Source of the DNA: an uncultured virus (IMG/VR IMGVR_UViG_3300045945_000056)
Taxonomy: Duplodnaviria; Heunggongvirae; Uroviricota; Caudoviricetes
DNA: 64,000 nt
IMG/VR virus record: IMGVR_UViG_3300045945_000056
Reading direction: 5' to 3' (one strand)
Numbering within the stretch: position 1 is the stretch's first letter; every line of letters begins with the position of its first letter. This document shows positions 1 to 9,430 of this stretch, piece by piece. A program made the position numbers and the translations under genes. Under the pieces are notes generated by a model. It had not been told where the DNA came from and made no database searches. It worked only from the letters and a program-made list of their open reading frames with translations.

Positions 1-107
1 TCCCTTCGCGCAGGGAAAAGGCGCCACCCTTCGGAAGAAAAACGACCGCGCTGGTAGTACAGAGAGCAGCTGGTGGCAGGCAGCGCACGTTGTGCTTCGG
101 TTGTGCG

Positions 108-329
108 TTACGGTTGACTTTTAACCAAAGCATTTTTATCCTCCATTATCTGCCGGTAACTCACCCGCTTTGATAGCACCGCTATTATAAACAAGTCACC
201 AAACTCATCTAGCATGACGACTGTGTCGTCTACGAGTGCACCAAAGAAGCGTTTCATTAGCCCGTACTCTAGATGATCCTTCAGCTTACAATACTGTTCA
301 TCAGTTACCTCAAAGGTTATGCGTCGCAT
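108..329 (-). CDS. Small putative DNA-binding protein (ribbon-helix-helix-like), genome A
   Basis: ATG 329 preceded by AAGGAG. N-terminal RRITFEVTDEQY resembles an RHH beta-strand plus helix. Paralogue at 44554-44805. Confidence 0.5.
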   Translation of the reverse strand: MRRITFEVTDEQYCKLKDHLEYGLMKRFFGALVDDTVVMLDEFGDLFIIAVLSKRVSYRQIMEDKNALVKSQP

Positions 330-381
330 AGTAGCCGCGCTCCTTAAAGGAGGAAGCCGCAGCCTCCTCCTCAAAGCTAAC

Positions 382-918
382 TTACTGACCTCTTACCCAC
401 CGAGTAACCTCATTCGAGTCACCATATTTAGGATCACTTCTTACTCCTAATATCGCCCAGCCTTCCTTACCGACCCAATCATTAGTATCATTTGCTGCTG
501 TCTTGTCGATCTCAAATGCTTCGCAGAATCCACTAAGAAACTGTTTCAGCATGAACACTCTCTTGTCATTCATACTCGCCTTAGGGAAGTGGCATTGCCA
601 GTACACTTCCTTCACGTTAGGTTCATCAGCTACATCCAACCGTATCTGTAGCATCTCATCACCATTACGATCTGGCTTGATGCTAACGTCAAGTATCCTC
701 AGTTTCGCCTCAGTGCCGGCGGGCAGTATCTTCAGTTCTGGCAGATCGTCTAGTCCCATGTCTGAGAAATCAATAATAGGCATGACTTTTCCTTCAGAAA
801 AGTGGTTCGGTTTAATTACTCTGGTTTCTTCGGCAGTTTTCTCCATAAGCAATGGAGGCTTACTTGAATCCCAACGAAAATCATCGTCTGTGGGTTTAGC
901 ACTTCTCTTCCGTGGCAT
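382..918 (-). CDS. DUF669-like putative ssDNA-binding protein
   Basis: LPAGTEAKLRILDV, WVGKEG and YG..NEV pattern. Follows the Sak4-like ATPase. Paralogue at 44864-45364. Confidence 0.6.
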   Translation of the reverse strand: MPRKRSAKPTDDDFRWDSSKPPLLMEKTAEETRVIKPNHFSEGKVMPIIDFSDMGLDDLPELKILPAGTEAKLRILDVSIKPDRNGDEMLQIRLDVADEPNVKEVYWQCHFPKASMNDKRVFMLKQFLSGFCEAFEIDKTAANDTNDWVGKEGWAILGVRSDPKYGDSNEVTRWVRGQ

Positions 919-1360
919 TACTCTTATTCCTTGTTAACATTTCCTTTCGACACTTTCGGCACTTGCGTTGTACTCCATTTCGACCGCACCATTTAGAGTA
1001 TATTATATTCTCCTCTGTAAATTCGTGACCATTTTTGCAGTGTGTTTTGGCGCTGTTATAGTTCTCCTTTCTAATAGATGCACGTGATTGGTTATCTGCT
1101 CCATTTACCTGCTGTAAATGATCTGGATTAACGCAGTGTTTAACTGAGCAGATATGATCTACCTGATTATTAGCAGTTATTTCTCCAACGTAGTGTTCAT
1201 AGGATAGTCTATGAGCATAATGCAACCTGGATTTCCCAGAACTATTATCCCACAGTAATGGATATCCAGTTCCATTTGTTGCTCCCGTCCACTCCCAGCA
1301 CTCAGTAAGTTTATTGATACTCACTTTTTTCAGAAAGAGAAATAATCGCTTCTCAGTCAT
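896..1360 (-). CDS. HNH homing endonuclease
   Basis: CWEWTG, AHRLSY, DHIC...CVNPDHL and a C-terminal THCKNGH zinc finger. Absent at the syntenic site in B. Confidence 0.9.
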   Translation of the reverse strand: MTEKRLFLFLKKVSINKLTECWEWTGATNGTGYPLLWDNSSGKSRLHYAHRLSYEHYVGEITANNQVDHICSVKHCVNPDHLQQVNGADNQSRASIRKENYNSAKTHCKNGHEFTEENIIYSKWCGRNGVQRKCRKCRKEMLTRNKSNATEEKC

Positions 1361-1403
1361 AGGAAGTCCTGGTCAGTTGGTTTTGCACTACGTTTGCGAG
1401 GCA

Positions 1404-2201
1404 TTACTTACTCCCGAACAGCGACGGCTTATCTTTGATGTCCATACCACATTTCTTGAGTATTGCCTTAATATCTGGCGGCTCGTAAGTATCGAGCTTG
1501 CCAGCAGACAGGCGACTACTTGCCATGTACCTACCAGTTCGTTGCGTGATTATTCTATACTCAATTCCTTTCGAGGATTGTGTTGTATCTGCTACCCACA
1601 CCTCAGTAAACTGCAGCGGTATGATGACCGTGCCTTTACCAGTGGTGGAATATCGGTACTCTATACTGCCTAACACATCATCCTTCATTGGCTCTAGGTG
1701 ACCTGTAACGATAACATCACAGGGAAGTGCCAGTACCTTCTTTAGCCAGTTATGAATAAGTACCTTTTGTGGTACGTAATCTTTTGTGAAGAGTGGTGCA
1801 GTGCCGGCGCGTCCATCCTTCGCTAGGATGAGGTTCATTATGTTCTCGGCCCATACCGTACTTGAATCAAGTACATATGTACCGAAGTTATCGAAGTACT
1901 TTGCTCGCACCTTCTCTTCAAAGTCTCGAGTCCACTGCTCGAACATAGTAGGTTTGAGTGGATCTTCTTTCTCGTACTTAGTTTCAGCGAGAATATCACC
2001 TTTCTTCTTAGCTTCGCGTAAGCACAGTGTGCCGCCAGGATCGAAAGAATCAATATACACTGGCAGACGTGCAGTACGTGCTAGGTACGTCTTACCTACT
2101 CCTTTCTCGCCCAGCAATAACAAATTGTAGCGATCTTGATTCTCGTCTTCAAGGTACAACTTTCTTAAGCGTTCGTTCTCGAGTCGTGCATCAAGAGGCA
2201 T
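1404..2201 (-). CDS. Sak4-like AAA ATPase (recombination / ssDNA annealing)
   Basis: Walker A GEKGVGKT, Walker B VLDS, VIVTGH motif. Context nuclease-ATPase-SSB. Confidence 0.8.
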   Translation of the reverse strand: MPLDARLENERLRKLYLEDENQDRYNLLLLGEKGVGKTYLARTARLPVYIDSFDPGGTLCLREAKKKGDILAETKYEKEDPLKPTMFEQWTRDFEEKVRAKYFDNFGTYVLDSSTVWAENIMNLILAKDGRAGTAPLFTKDYVPQKVLIHNWLKKVLALPCDVIVTGHLEPMKDDVLGSIEYRYSTTGKGTVIIPLQFTEVWVADTTQSSKGIEYRIITQRTGRYMASSRLSAGKLDTYEPPDIKAILKKCGMDIKDKPSLFGSK

Positions 2202-2205
2202 TTAA

Positions 2206-2367
2206 TCACCCTCCAATCTCAGCTTCGTTGAAGCCGGCCTTAATACGCTTCTCGTAACAGCTCGGACACTCTCTAGAAATCTCACCAGTAATATCACTGC
2301 ACCAATCTCGCTCGCATTGCCAATCGTTACCACAATCAGCGCAGAAATGAGCGTGTAATTTAGGCAT
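2206..2367 (-). CDS. Small Cys-rich protein (53 aa, not in ORF track)
   Basis: MPKLHAHFCADCG...CPSCY. Fills the gap between neighbouring genes; two CxxC motifs. Confidence 0.55.
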   Translation of the reverse strand: MPKLHAHFCADCGNDWQCERDWCSDITGEISRECPSCYEKRIKAGFNEAEIGG

Positions 2368-3340
2368 TAGTTGTTTGCTCCTTTGTTAAGTCAACAAATG
2401 TTTTAGCGCCACTATCTACTCGTGGGTCCCACACCTCGTGTACGAAGCCTATTGGAGGCCGCTCGCAGCGTTGGAGTGGATTCGACCAGCTCATGCAGAA
2501 GTCGAAGTATGGACACTTTCTATTGTAGTCAAAGCATGCCTTCTCATTCATTGGGAAGGATTTCATTACCTGCGAATTGGAGTCATCAGCAGTAAGTAGA
2601 TATTCCATGTCGTACTTGAGTGCGTCATACCAACTAGCTTGACTGACGAGCCATGCCTGCATCTGACTTAAATTCTTCTCAACAATAGCCTCATCGAACT
2701 CAGATGGTCTAGCTTTGTAAAAGAAGGAACATCTTACCCTAATACCCCCTACTGAATTATCCTCGCCGAATAAACAGTATAGTACATGTAGGTACGTGAG
2801 CATCTGCGTACTGAGTAGCCACTGTTCTTGCCAGTTGCTCATTCGACGCTGCGAAGTTTTGTGGTCAAGACAAATTACTTTATTATCTCTTCTCCTCTGC
2901 AATAGTGCATCAAGCTTGAAGAACATTGGGGAGTCTGGCGCTATCAGTACTGTGCCACCTATTTCTGTGGCTAGTACTAGATAGTCTTGAGCATCCGTGC
3001 GGAATCGCTGTGCATATTCAACGAGAGTCTTGCGAGCATTCTGTGGATCCTTCGGAGCGAAGAGTCCATCAGATTCACTATCTAACTTAAGCCGGTAGGA
3101 TTGATAGAACAACTCGCATGCCTCTTCAACAGCTTCTTTAGAGTACTGCTTGTTCAGTAAGTGTTCAACTGCCAGATGCCAACATGAGCCGAAGTGTAAA
3201 TGGTTATTTACGTAATCTTCACGCCATTGTAGTACCTGTTCGTAGAAGTAACGACGCGGGCATGACATATACACTGACAACTTGGAGGGATCTATTACAC
3301 TCCATGTATCCTGTTCAGGAATTAAGTCCAACAATTTCAC
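2360..3340 (-). CDS. Cas4-like PD-(D/E)XK exonuclease
   Basis: SCPRRY, KLDALL...DHKT, Q..Y and C-terminal C..C..C cluster. Paralogue at 46174-47151. Confidence 0.85.
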   Translation of the reverse strand: MKLLDLIPEQDTWSVIDPSKLSVYMSCPRRYFYEQVLQWREDYVNNHLHFGSCWHLAVEHLLNKQYSKEAVEEACELFYQSYRLKLDSESDGLFAPKDPQNARKTLVEYAQRFRTDAQDYLVLATEIGGTVLIAPDSPMFFKLDALLQRRRDNKVICLDHKTSQRRMSNWQEQWLLSTQMLTYLHVLYCLFGEDNSVGGIRVRCSFFYKARPSEFDEAIVEKNLSQMQAWLVSQASWYDALKYDMEYLLTADDSNSQVMKSFPMNEKACFDYNRKCPYFDFCMSWSNPLQRCERPPIGFVHEVWDPRVDSGAKTFVDLTKEQTTNA

Positions 3341-3659
3341 TTTCTTTTTCCTCTCTAAGGATTACAGTTCGTTTAATATACTTTGACGATGCCGCGTCGA
3401 ATAACAGCAGGTTTAATCTACCGTGCTTCAACACGAACAGTGAGCACGCTAGTGAACACATCACTGATAGGCCAGTGATTACGATGTAGTCTTCTGAATC
3501 GCTCTCCTCAATAAAAGGTTCAAAGGTACGGATCATGTTCGATACTGCGGCGCGGCTGAATGGTTCATTGCTCATGAATACTAGCTCGCCATACCTCGCT
3601 GCAGCTTCCCAGTTATGATAGCCCTTAGCAGGAATGAATACTTTATGTTTCTCACTCAC
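3315..3659 (-). CDS. Hypothetical protein
   Basis: ORF with AGGAG RBS, coupled to the nuclease gene. Confidence 0.65.
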   Translation of the reverse strand: MSEKHKVFIPAKGYHNWEAAARYGELVFMSNEPFSRAAVSNMIRTFEPFIEESDSEDYIVITGLSVMCSLACSLFVLKHGRLNLLLFDAASSKYIKRTVILREEKESEIVGLNS

Positions 3660-3709
3660 TTAGACTCCTAAAGGAGCCAGTGTTTGCTGGCTCCCTTTGT
3701 TAATGTTAG

Positions 3710-4240
3710 TTAGCGATTACGCCGACGGCCTTCCGCTGCCTGTTCTGCGGGTGTAGGTTCCGGAGCTGATTCTCCTCCGTTAACTCCAGCAGTGACAGCT
3801 GCGATCTCTTCCTCAGTAGGCTCAGATGAACCATTCTCGGCAGCAACAGGAGCTGCCTGACCACGTTTTGCGAAACGCTCCTGGATCAGGCGGTAGATTT
3901 CTTCCTGTCGCTCAGGAGTCCAGTCATCGAAGTTCTCAGCGATCACCTTGGCTGCATCAACTGTTTTAGTTGAGGCACGAGTGCTAAGCGATACGCCTGG
4001 CTTCCAATTATCCATCTCCATTTGGATACGTTCTGCAGTGAAGCCAGCAGAAAGCATCTTACGAGCCGCAGCCTGCGCGTTAATAGTAAGTGCACGCTTA
4101 AATAGCTCGTGCACATTCTGCTCATTTTGATCCTGGCGATCAAACATCTGAATAGCTTCAGTAATATTCTCACTGAAATTGTAAGAGAACTTTACTTCGG
4201 GGCGGCCTGCGGTAGCTACAGAAACTTCTTCACGAATCAT
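3710..4240 (-). CDS. Hypothetical protein with acidic C-terminal tail
   Basis: Has its own sigma70-type promoter. Paralogue at 47643-48176 (shared AQAAAR/AQAAGR..L.AG..KP). Confidence 0.75.
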   Translation of the reverse strand: MIREEVSVATAGRPEVKFSYNFSENITEAIQMFDRQDQNEQNVHELFKRALTINAQAAARKMLSAGFTAERIQMEMDNWKPGVSLSTRASTKTVDAAKVIAENFDDWTPERQEEIYRLIQERFAKRGQAAPVAAENGSSEPTEEEIAAVTAGVNGGESAPEPTPAEQAAEGRRRNR

Positions 4241-4307
4241 GGTACAATCTCCACTTGTGGAATAAAGTTGGTTTCACGAAGCAACACGCTTCGTTGACTC
4301 TGTTGTA

Positions 4308-4336
4308 ATTGTAACACGGAATTTGTAAGCTGTCAA
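4308..4336 (-). promoter_or_regulatory. Sigma70-type promoter
   Basis: TTGACA-17-TACAAT on the minus strand. Equivalent promoter in B at 48283-48311. Confidence 0.8.
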
Positions 4337-4352
4337 CCATTATTTTGCATAC

Positions 4353-4613
4353 TCAGAAATTTTTAGTCTCTAGGTACTCCTTATACAATGCAGCTCGTGT
4401 AACTAACGCATCACAACCAGCTGCGGCCTCTAAGTGGGATAAGTCCTGGTACTCAACCATTACTAGCGAACCATTCTGAAAGTAAGCCTCCTTTCCATAA
4501 GTACGCAGTGCACGTATGGCATAACAACGTGCGCATAACAGCATATTGTCAAGTACGAATACTGGATTAGTGAAGCAATCATGCTTGCTCAATCGTCTAA
4601 TCCTTTCCAGCAT
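4353..4613 (-). CDS. Hypothetical protein
   Basis: ORF overlapping the upstream gene; start codon uncertain. Confidence 0.45.
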   Translation of the reverse strand: MLERIRRLSKHDCFTNPVFVLDNMLLCARCYAIRALRTYGKEAYFQNGSLVMVEYQDLSHLEAAAGCDALVTRAALYKEYLETKNF

Positions 4614-4794
4614 ACTTTGCGAGTAATGGACAGTATACTGTTTGGTCCTCGTCATGCACAAAGTAACTCACGTCATGCGACGTAATTAAGTAAACTGGCT
4701 GACTGCAATGTGGGCACGTAAAGGAATCGCCAGGCGATTCTTGCAGCTCGAATGCCAGCACTGATCGGCCATCAGCATTCAATGCACGTATCAT
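4597..4794 (-). CDS. Zinc-ribbon protein (CoiA N-terminal-like)
   Basis: MIRAL...FTCPHC..PV...YFVH...C pattern. Confidence 0.5.
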   Translation of the reverse strand: MIRALNADGRSVLAFELQESPGDSFTCPHCSQPVYLITSHDVSYFVHDEDQTVYCPLLAKYAGKD

Positions 4795-5191
4795 AATTAC
4801 TCCTTGAAATAGGTTGTACAATAGTCATGCCAAAATTACCGTGTATTATCTCTTCCATCATTTCAGGAGAAAGAGAACGCCTCCATATTCTGTAGCGTTC
4901 TTTATTGGGAATCACCCAGTGCCCAATTTGATTCGTACATCTAAACAAGTAACATTCTAATAGGTATGCTTCCTCCCTTCCTACAGTAGGGTGTGTCCAT
5001 ACCACTTCCCCAAATCCGTATCTCATAATAGATCTAGCAGCACTCTCTTTCATCTCTTGATGCTCACGTACTCGACGAAGTAAGTTCGAAGTACTTCCTA
5101 TATAGTGCCCATCTTTGTACCTTAGTCTTATAACGTATACCCAACAGTACGATTGTAGTTTGCTAAGGTAATACGTACTTATAGAGCGCAT
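4772..5191 (-). CDS. GIY-YIG nuclease
   Basis: VYVI...YIGSTSNLLRRVREH...E motif. Confidence 0.8.
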   Translation of the reverse strand: MRSISTYYLSKLQSYCWVYVIRLRYKDGHYIGSTSNLLRRVREHQEMKESAARSIMRYGFGEVVWTHPTVGREEAYLLECYLFRCTNQIGHWVIPNKERYRIWRRSLSPEMMEEIIHGNFGMTIVQPISRSNYDTCIEC

Positions 5192-5215
5192 TTAATTACC
5201 CACTTCGGTTAAACT

Positions 5216-5620
5216 TTAACCATTGCGGCCAAGCTTAGCTGCAATCATTGCTAGTACTGACTCTAGTTGATCATCTGGCACTTGATCTGTGATGCTAACG
5301 CGCGGGTCAGCCGCCCTCGGCTGAGCGGACATTTTATGAGTTTTCTTGTTCGCCTTAGGTTGCAGTGGCTTCTTATACTCGCGGCCTTTCCAAGTAAGTG
5401 CACCAGCCTGCGAGAACTTCTCGTATGCATGTAGCATGATTGCATCATGCTTCTCTTTCAGGTGTGGAATGTGACATGCCTGGCAGCGACTCACATTGCA
5501 ACACTTTATTAGACTCGTAGAGTCCTCGCATCTATGACCACCTTTGGCCATGTAAGTGATAGCACGCCGCTCGTTCGCTGGCAGTTCGTTAAGCATCTTA
5601 ACTAACAACTCACGGTCCAT
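5216..5620 (-). CDS. Zn-binding hypothetical protein
   Basis: C..C..C..CH..HL.EKH. Paralogue at 50716-51108. Promoter TTGACT-17-TATAAT at 5650-5678. Confidence 0.7.
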   Translation of the reverse strand: MDRELLVKMLNELPANERRAITYMAKGGHRCEDSTSLIKCCNVSRCQACHIPHLKEKHDAIMLHAYEKFSQAGALTWKGREYKKPLQPKANKKTHKMSAQPRAADPRVSITDQVPDDQLESVLAMIAAKLGRNG

Positions 5621-5696
5621 AAGAAACTCCTTGCTTAGATTATGGTACTATTATAACATATTTCCACAGCAAAGTCAAGTCATCTTGTTATTTTGG

Positions 5697-6077
5697 CTAG
5701 ATTCCTTCCAGTACCTCAGTGAGTGGTGCGTCATCAGCATACTCGTACATTGCCATTTGATTGCAGATGCAGTGTACGTAGATTGTGAAACTGCATCCTA
5801 CATGCTCATTACCATAGGCATCTTTGCGCTTAGCAAAGGTTTCACCTTGCACTTCACAGGTAAATTCATCACGGCAATGATCTTCGTGTTCATTGATGAA
5901 GTCAGATACATCTTGCTCAAATTCTAACTCGAACTCAGTGAGGCTGTCGGTGCACGCTGAACAGAATAGATTGAATTGAACAGTACCTTCAACTTCAGTT
6001 GCACTGCAAAAGTCAATATCTGAGTCTGACCATTCACCGTCGATCTCGAGCTCTTCGTGGCAGAGTGGGCATAACAT
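5697..6077 (-). CDS. Acidic Cys-rich hypothetical protein
   Basis: ORF with CPLC and CSAC motifs; very acidic. Confidence 0.65.
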   Translation of the reverse strand: MLCPLCHEELEIDGEWSDSDIDFCSATEVEGTVQFNLFCSACTDSLTEFELEFEQDVSDFINEHEDHCRDEFTCEVQGETFAKRKDAYGNEHVGCSFTIYVHCICNQMAMYEYADDAPLTEVLEGI

Positions 6078-6394
6078 CGCTGATGTTCCTTTCAGTTAAT
6101 TGCCTGTTACTTCGGCGCGGGACGTGCGCTTGCCGCGCCCAGATAAGTTAAATGAAATTACTCTTACTGAACTCAGTTCAGTCATTAAACTCCAGTAAAC
6201 GCAGCTGCATAAAGCAGTCAGCACAGCGCTTTGCAGTGTGGGGCTCACTACAGAAGCACTCAAACGCTTCATGACAATCGGTGCACACATGCACGTGAGA
6301 GAAGGTGATCTGGTAATTCATACTCGCTCCTTAAGGCTAGAGATTGCTAGTTGCCTTGTGCAACATTCATACGTAATTGTACCACACGAAACGG

Positions 6395-6601
6395 TCAGTT
6401 GTCAAGTAAAGGGTATATTTTTTCTCCTGTAGATAAGTCAAAGATTGAAGCCTCAGGAAAGTGAGTGTTAAGCCAGCGTATGAGATTCTCTTTAGGTTGT
6501 CTGGAGAATACACGCAGTACTGGTGCAATACTCGTAATGTATCCGCTTGGATTAACCGTAACTAAGCAAGTGAAATTGTTAGTAGATATTTGTAGGTCCA
6601 T
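6395..6601 (-). CDS. Hypothetical protein
   Basis: AGGAG RBS directly after hairpin element H1. Confidence 0.6.
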   Translation of the reverse strand: MDLQISTNNFTCLVTVNPSGYITSIAPVLRVFSRQPKENLIRWLNTHFPEASIFDLSTGEKIYPLLDN

Positions 6602-6604
6602 TAA

Positions 6605-6850
6605 AGTATACTCCTATTTGCCTTCGGATGCTATTTCCCTAGCAGGGCTACTGATTATGCGCTACTGAGGTTGCTCCTTCTGTCAATGGAAAACTTGGAA
6701 AAACCACCCAAGTTTTCCAGTGACAGCGCAACCTCATCCGCTAAGAAGGTAATTCGCCCTGCCTGGGAAAATGCATCTGCGGCCTGGAAGTGTGGGTCAG
6801 AGACAGTAGGGTCGCGTTGCTCCAGGTTTGTTACGGTTACATTCTAACCA
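6605..6850 (-). repeat. Palindrome-linker-long hairpin element H1
   Basis: TGGTTAGAATGTAACCG, GCAACGCG, then an imperfect hairpin at 6627-6777 containing TTGACA..CATAAT. Confidence 0.8.
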
Positions 6851-6856
6851 CAGTGA

Positions 6857-7189
6857 TTAATCAGTTCTGTTAATAGAGGCCTCAGAGCTGAAGGCTGTTC
6901 CATATCTTGTACTAAGCTTAGCTAGGTTGCCTTCTGCAATGTCATCCAGAGTGATGCCAAGTGCTGTACAGCACTCTGCAATATACCAGAGAACATCGCC
7001 TAATTCAGACGCTAGATTGTCTAACGCCAGTTGATGGCCGTGATAGAGCCACTTCTTGATAATGTCAGCTACTTCACCCGCTTCACCATTGAGGCCTAAG
7101 GTTGCCATAGTAATATTGCCGCGATAATCTGGATACTTTGCAAACCGTGAAGTTTGGTGAGCTAGTTCTTGATAGGTATTTAGATCCAC
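6857..7189 (-). CDS. MazG-like nucleotide pyrophosphohydrolase
   Basis: LGLNGEAGEVADIIKK...ELGDVLWY...N.AKL..RY motif. Confidence 0.9.
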   Translation of the reverse strand: MDLNTYQELAHQTSRFAKYPDYRGNITMATLGLNGEAGEVADIIKKWLYHGHQLALDNLASELGDVLWYIAECCTALGITLDDIAEGNLAKLSTRYGTAFSSEASINRTD

Positions 7190-7205
7190 TTGTTTTGTAC
7201 TCCAA

Positions 7206-7454
7206 TGGTTAAAGTTTAACCAAAGCAGGTATTTGGTACGTGTATGACCGAAGGCAAAACTTGCCGCCTTGGGACTACAGATGCCCCGTTGGTGCTTAGG
7301 CGCCGTTTAGATTTTTTTCCGGAGGAGCCTGTTCCTGCTTTTAGCGAAGTGAGCAGGTTGTCAAGGCGCCTCCAGGCCGCTAGGCCCCTTGACAAGCAGC
7401 GCAACAAGCGTCATAATCTCCCAGGCTCCGTAGGAAAAATCTAAGCTAGCCTAA
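7206..7454 (+). repeat. Element H2
   Basis: TGGTTAAAGTTTAACCA plus hairpin at 7296-7454 with TTGACA-17-CATAAT (7389-7417). Confidence 0.8.
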
Positions 7455-7807
7455 TAACGTTTGTACATTGTGTAGTTTGCAAAGTCTTCTACACTTTTCT
7501 TTCTGTCATTCTGTGCTTGTGCAATTAATTGCTTAGTATCATTCACGCCTCCACTTTTTGGTAATATTGATTTACCATATCTACGATAGTACCATTTTAG
7601 GTATCTTTCCAATAGTAATGCATCCGCTCTTGACTCACACGGATAACATTCTACTATCGATTTAAAGGTGTATTTTCCAGTAATGTATGAGCCTCTCCAC
7701 CCACCTTTGTGCTCATGCACTCTCGTCATTAGGTTACGTGTGCTTCCTATATACAGCACTTCAATTTCTACTATATCTAGGACGTACGTCCAAAAGTAAC
7801 GTATCAT
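7451..7807 (-). CDS. GIY-YIG nuclease
   Basis: TYVL...YIGSTRNLMTRVHEH...LERYLK. Confidence 0.8.
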   Translation of the reverse strand: MIRYFWTYVLDIVEIEVLYIGSTRNLMTRVHEHKGGWRGSYITGKYTFKSIVECYPCESRADALLLERYLKWYYRRYGKSILPKSGGVNDTKQLIAQAQNDRKKSVEDFANYTMYKRY

Positions 7808-8003
7808 GTCCTTTCCTTTTAGCGACGATATTCAAAGAATCTTTCATAGACTATAGAACGAAGTTCCCTTTCAAACTCTATTTGTTCGTAGAGTCTACGC
7901 TCTTCCATTTGCTCTAATGTGAGTAGTGTTTGATTGTTTCTAATTAGTCGTACATAACCCTCTAGCTGTGGATTCTGGTCAGAAGTCAAGCCGCACCTCC
8001 TGG

Positions 8004-8258
8004 CTAGTCTATGGAACGTAATTTATTCAACTCTTCTCTTAACTGAGTATCACAACTCTGCGTCGAAGACGCATTATCTAGTAACGTATTTTGTTGTAGG
8101 TAATGAATGTACACGTTGTGTACTTCGTCTAGAATGTCACGTAGAGTAAGCTCTGGTCGTGCGCTTGATATATCAGCTAGGGATCGTAGATCCCTTTCTA
8201 GGCGTGATCGTACTAATGCACGAAGGTCCAGCAGCCTCTCGTCATTAGATTTAGTCAT
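8004..8258 (-). CDS. Hypothetical protein
   Basis: Translationally coupled ORF. Confidence 0.55.
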   Translation of the reverse strand: MTKSNDERLLDLRALVRSRLERDLRSLADISSARPELTLRDILDEVHNVYIHYLQQNTLLDNASSTQSCDTQLREELNKLRSID

Positions 8259-8704
8259 TTACTATCTCCTTGACCATTATTTTCCTTTAGCAATTTTTGT
8301 ATGTTGGGATACTTGAGAGCCTTTTCAGCTGCTTGCATCATTCTGGCATCGTCAGATGCCGTCCATTCAGGTTGTTTACCACGTTGTTTTGGGTATTTAT
8401 TAAATTCCTCCATTTCACCGAACGAATCTTGCTGTAAATTGCGTAGCAATTGTTTGGCTTTCCTTTCACCAGGATTAAGTGAGGCTCTGAACATATGCTG
8501 TAGTATTTCAGTTGCTTCGTGTGTTGATTCTATAGGCGGTACTCCTTGCTTATTTAGCCATTCGTCGAATACATCTACTATTATTCGTATCATCTCACTT
8601 AAACTTCTTAGATGTGTGCCAGATTCTTGTATATGCCTTGCGGCTCTGGCTAGTTTTGTGCGTTCTATTGTTGAGTATACTACTGCGTCTGATTCTTTTA
8701 GCAA
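8255..8704 (-). CDS. Hypothetical protein
   Basis: Paralogue at 51430-51897 (LA.AAR....L..MS..IR). Confidence 0.7.
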   Translation of the reverse strand: MLKESDAVVYSTIERTKLARAARHIQESGTHLRSLSEMIRIIVDVFDEWLNKQGVPPIESTHEATEILQHMFRASLNPGERKAKQLLRNLQQDSFGEMEEFNKYPKQRGKQPEWTASDDARMMQAAEKALKYPNIQKLLKENNGQGDSK

Positions 8705-8997
8705 TTTAATTCCTCCTCATCCCACCAGTAATGGAATAGCATTTCTGAACAGAACGCTTCTATTACACTTTCATCTATGTACTTACTAATTTGGTGACAG
8801 AAATGCTCTGTCCAAAATGCTGATTTTCTGTTGGGCGTTATTATTACGCCGCATAAATTACCCTTTACACCTGGTGCTAATTGTCCGTAACGTAAATGTT
8901 CTTTTATTCTCCTCTCTAAATTGTTAGTAGATCCGATGTATAGACGAGATGTTTGCTTGTATTTAGTTCTTATAAAGTATACGTATGCTTTGTTCAT
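8698..8997 (-). CDS. GIY-YIG nuclease
   Basis: VYFI...LYIGSTNNLERRIKEH. Confidence 0.8.
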   Translation of the reverse strand: MNKAYVYFIRTKYKQTSRLYIGSTNNLERRIKEHLRYGQLAPGVKGNLCGVIITPNRKSAFWTEHFCHQISKYIDESVIEAFCSEMLFHYWWDEEELNC

Positions 8998-9220
8998 GAG
9001 TTCACCAGTTCATGTAATCAGCCTATTGACCGGCGGTGGTTGTTACGTATGTTCTATTACTTACATTCTGCTTCTTTCTCTATCTTCTATGTATTATTAC
9101 TAATATATATTTAGTATATATATAATACTTATTAGAGAACTAACGGAGATAGTATAATATCACTACTAACATCACCCCCCCGGTCACCATGCATAGCGCA
9201 TGAATGGCTGAACACATGAA
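8993..9220. repeat. Long imperfect inverted repeat with AT-rich core (origin candidate)
   Basis: TTCATG/CATGAA, TGACCGG/CCGGTCA and GGTGGTTGTTA/TAACATCACC arms around a TA-rich centre. Confidence 0.6.
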
Positions 9221-9372
9221 ATTATATCAGAAATAAATTGGGTTGTCAAGTATACTCAAAATTTTAAGCCTAATCATCATGCTATGGTTAAAATACTACC
9301 AAAATATGCTATTTAGCATGTAACTTACGCTCAAATCCGTGACTTGACATTTCATTCAGAGTATGATATAAT
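9221..9372. promoter_or_regulatory. Divergent consensus sigma70 promoters
   Basis: Minus-strand TTGACA-17-TATAAT (9221-9249) and plus-strand TTGACA-17-TATAAT (9344-9372), both with an extended TG. Confidence 0.85.
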
Positions 9373-9430
9373 CTACATGATTCGAGTATCGTCTATGAGA
9401 TTGTATTACATTTGTATTACAAACTAAGGA

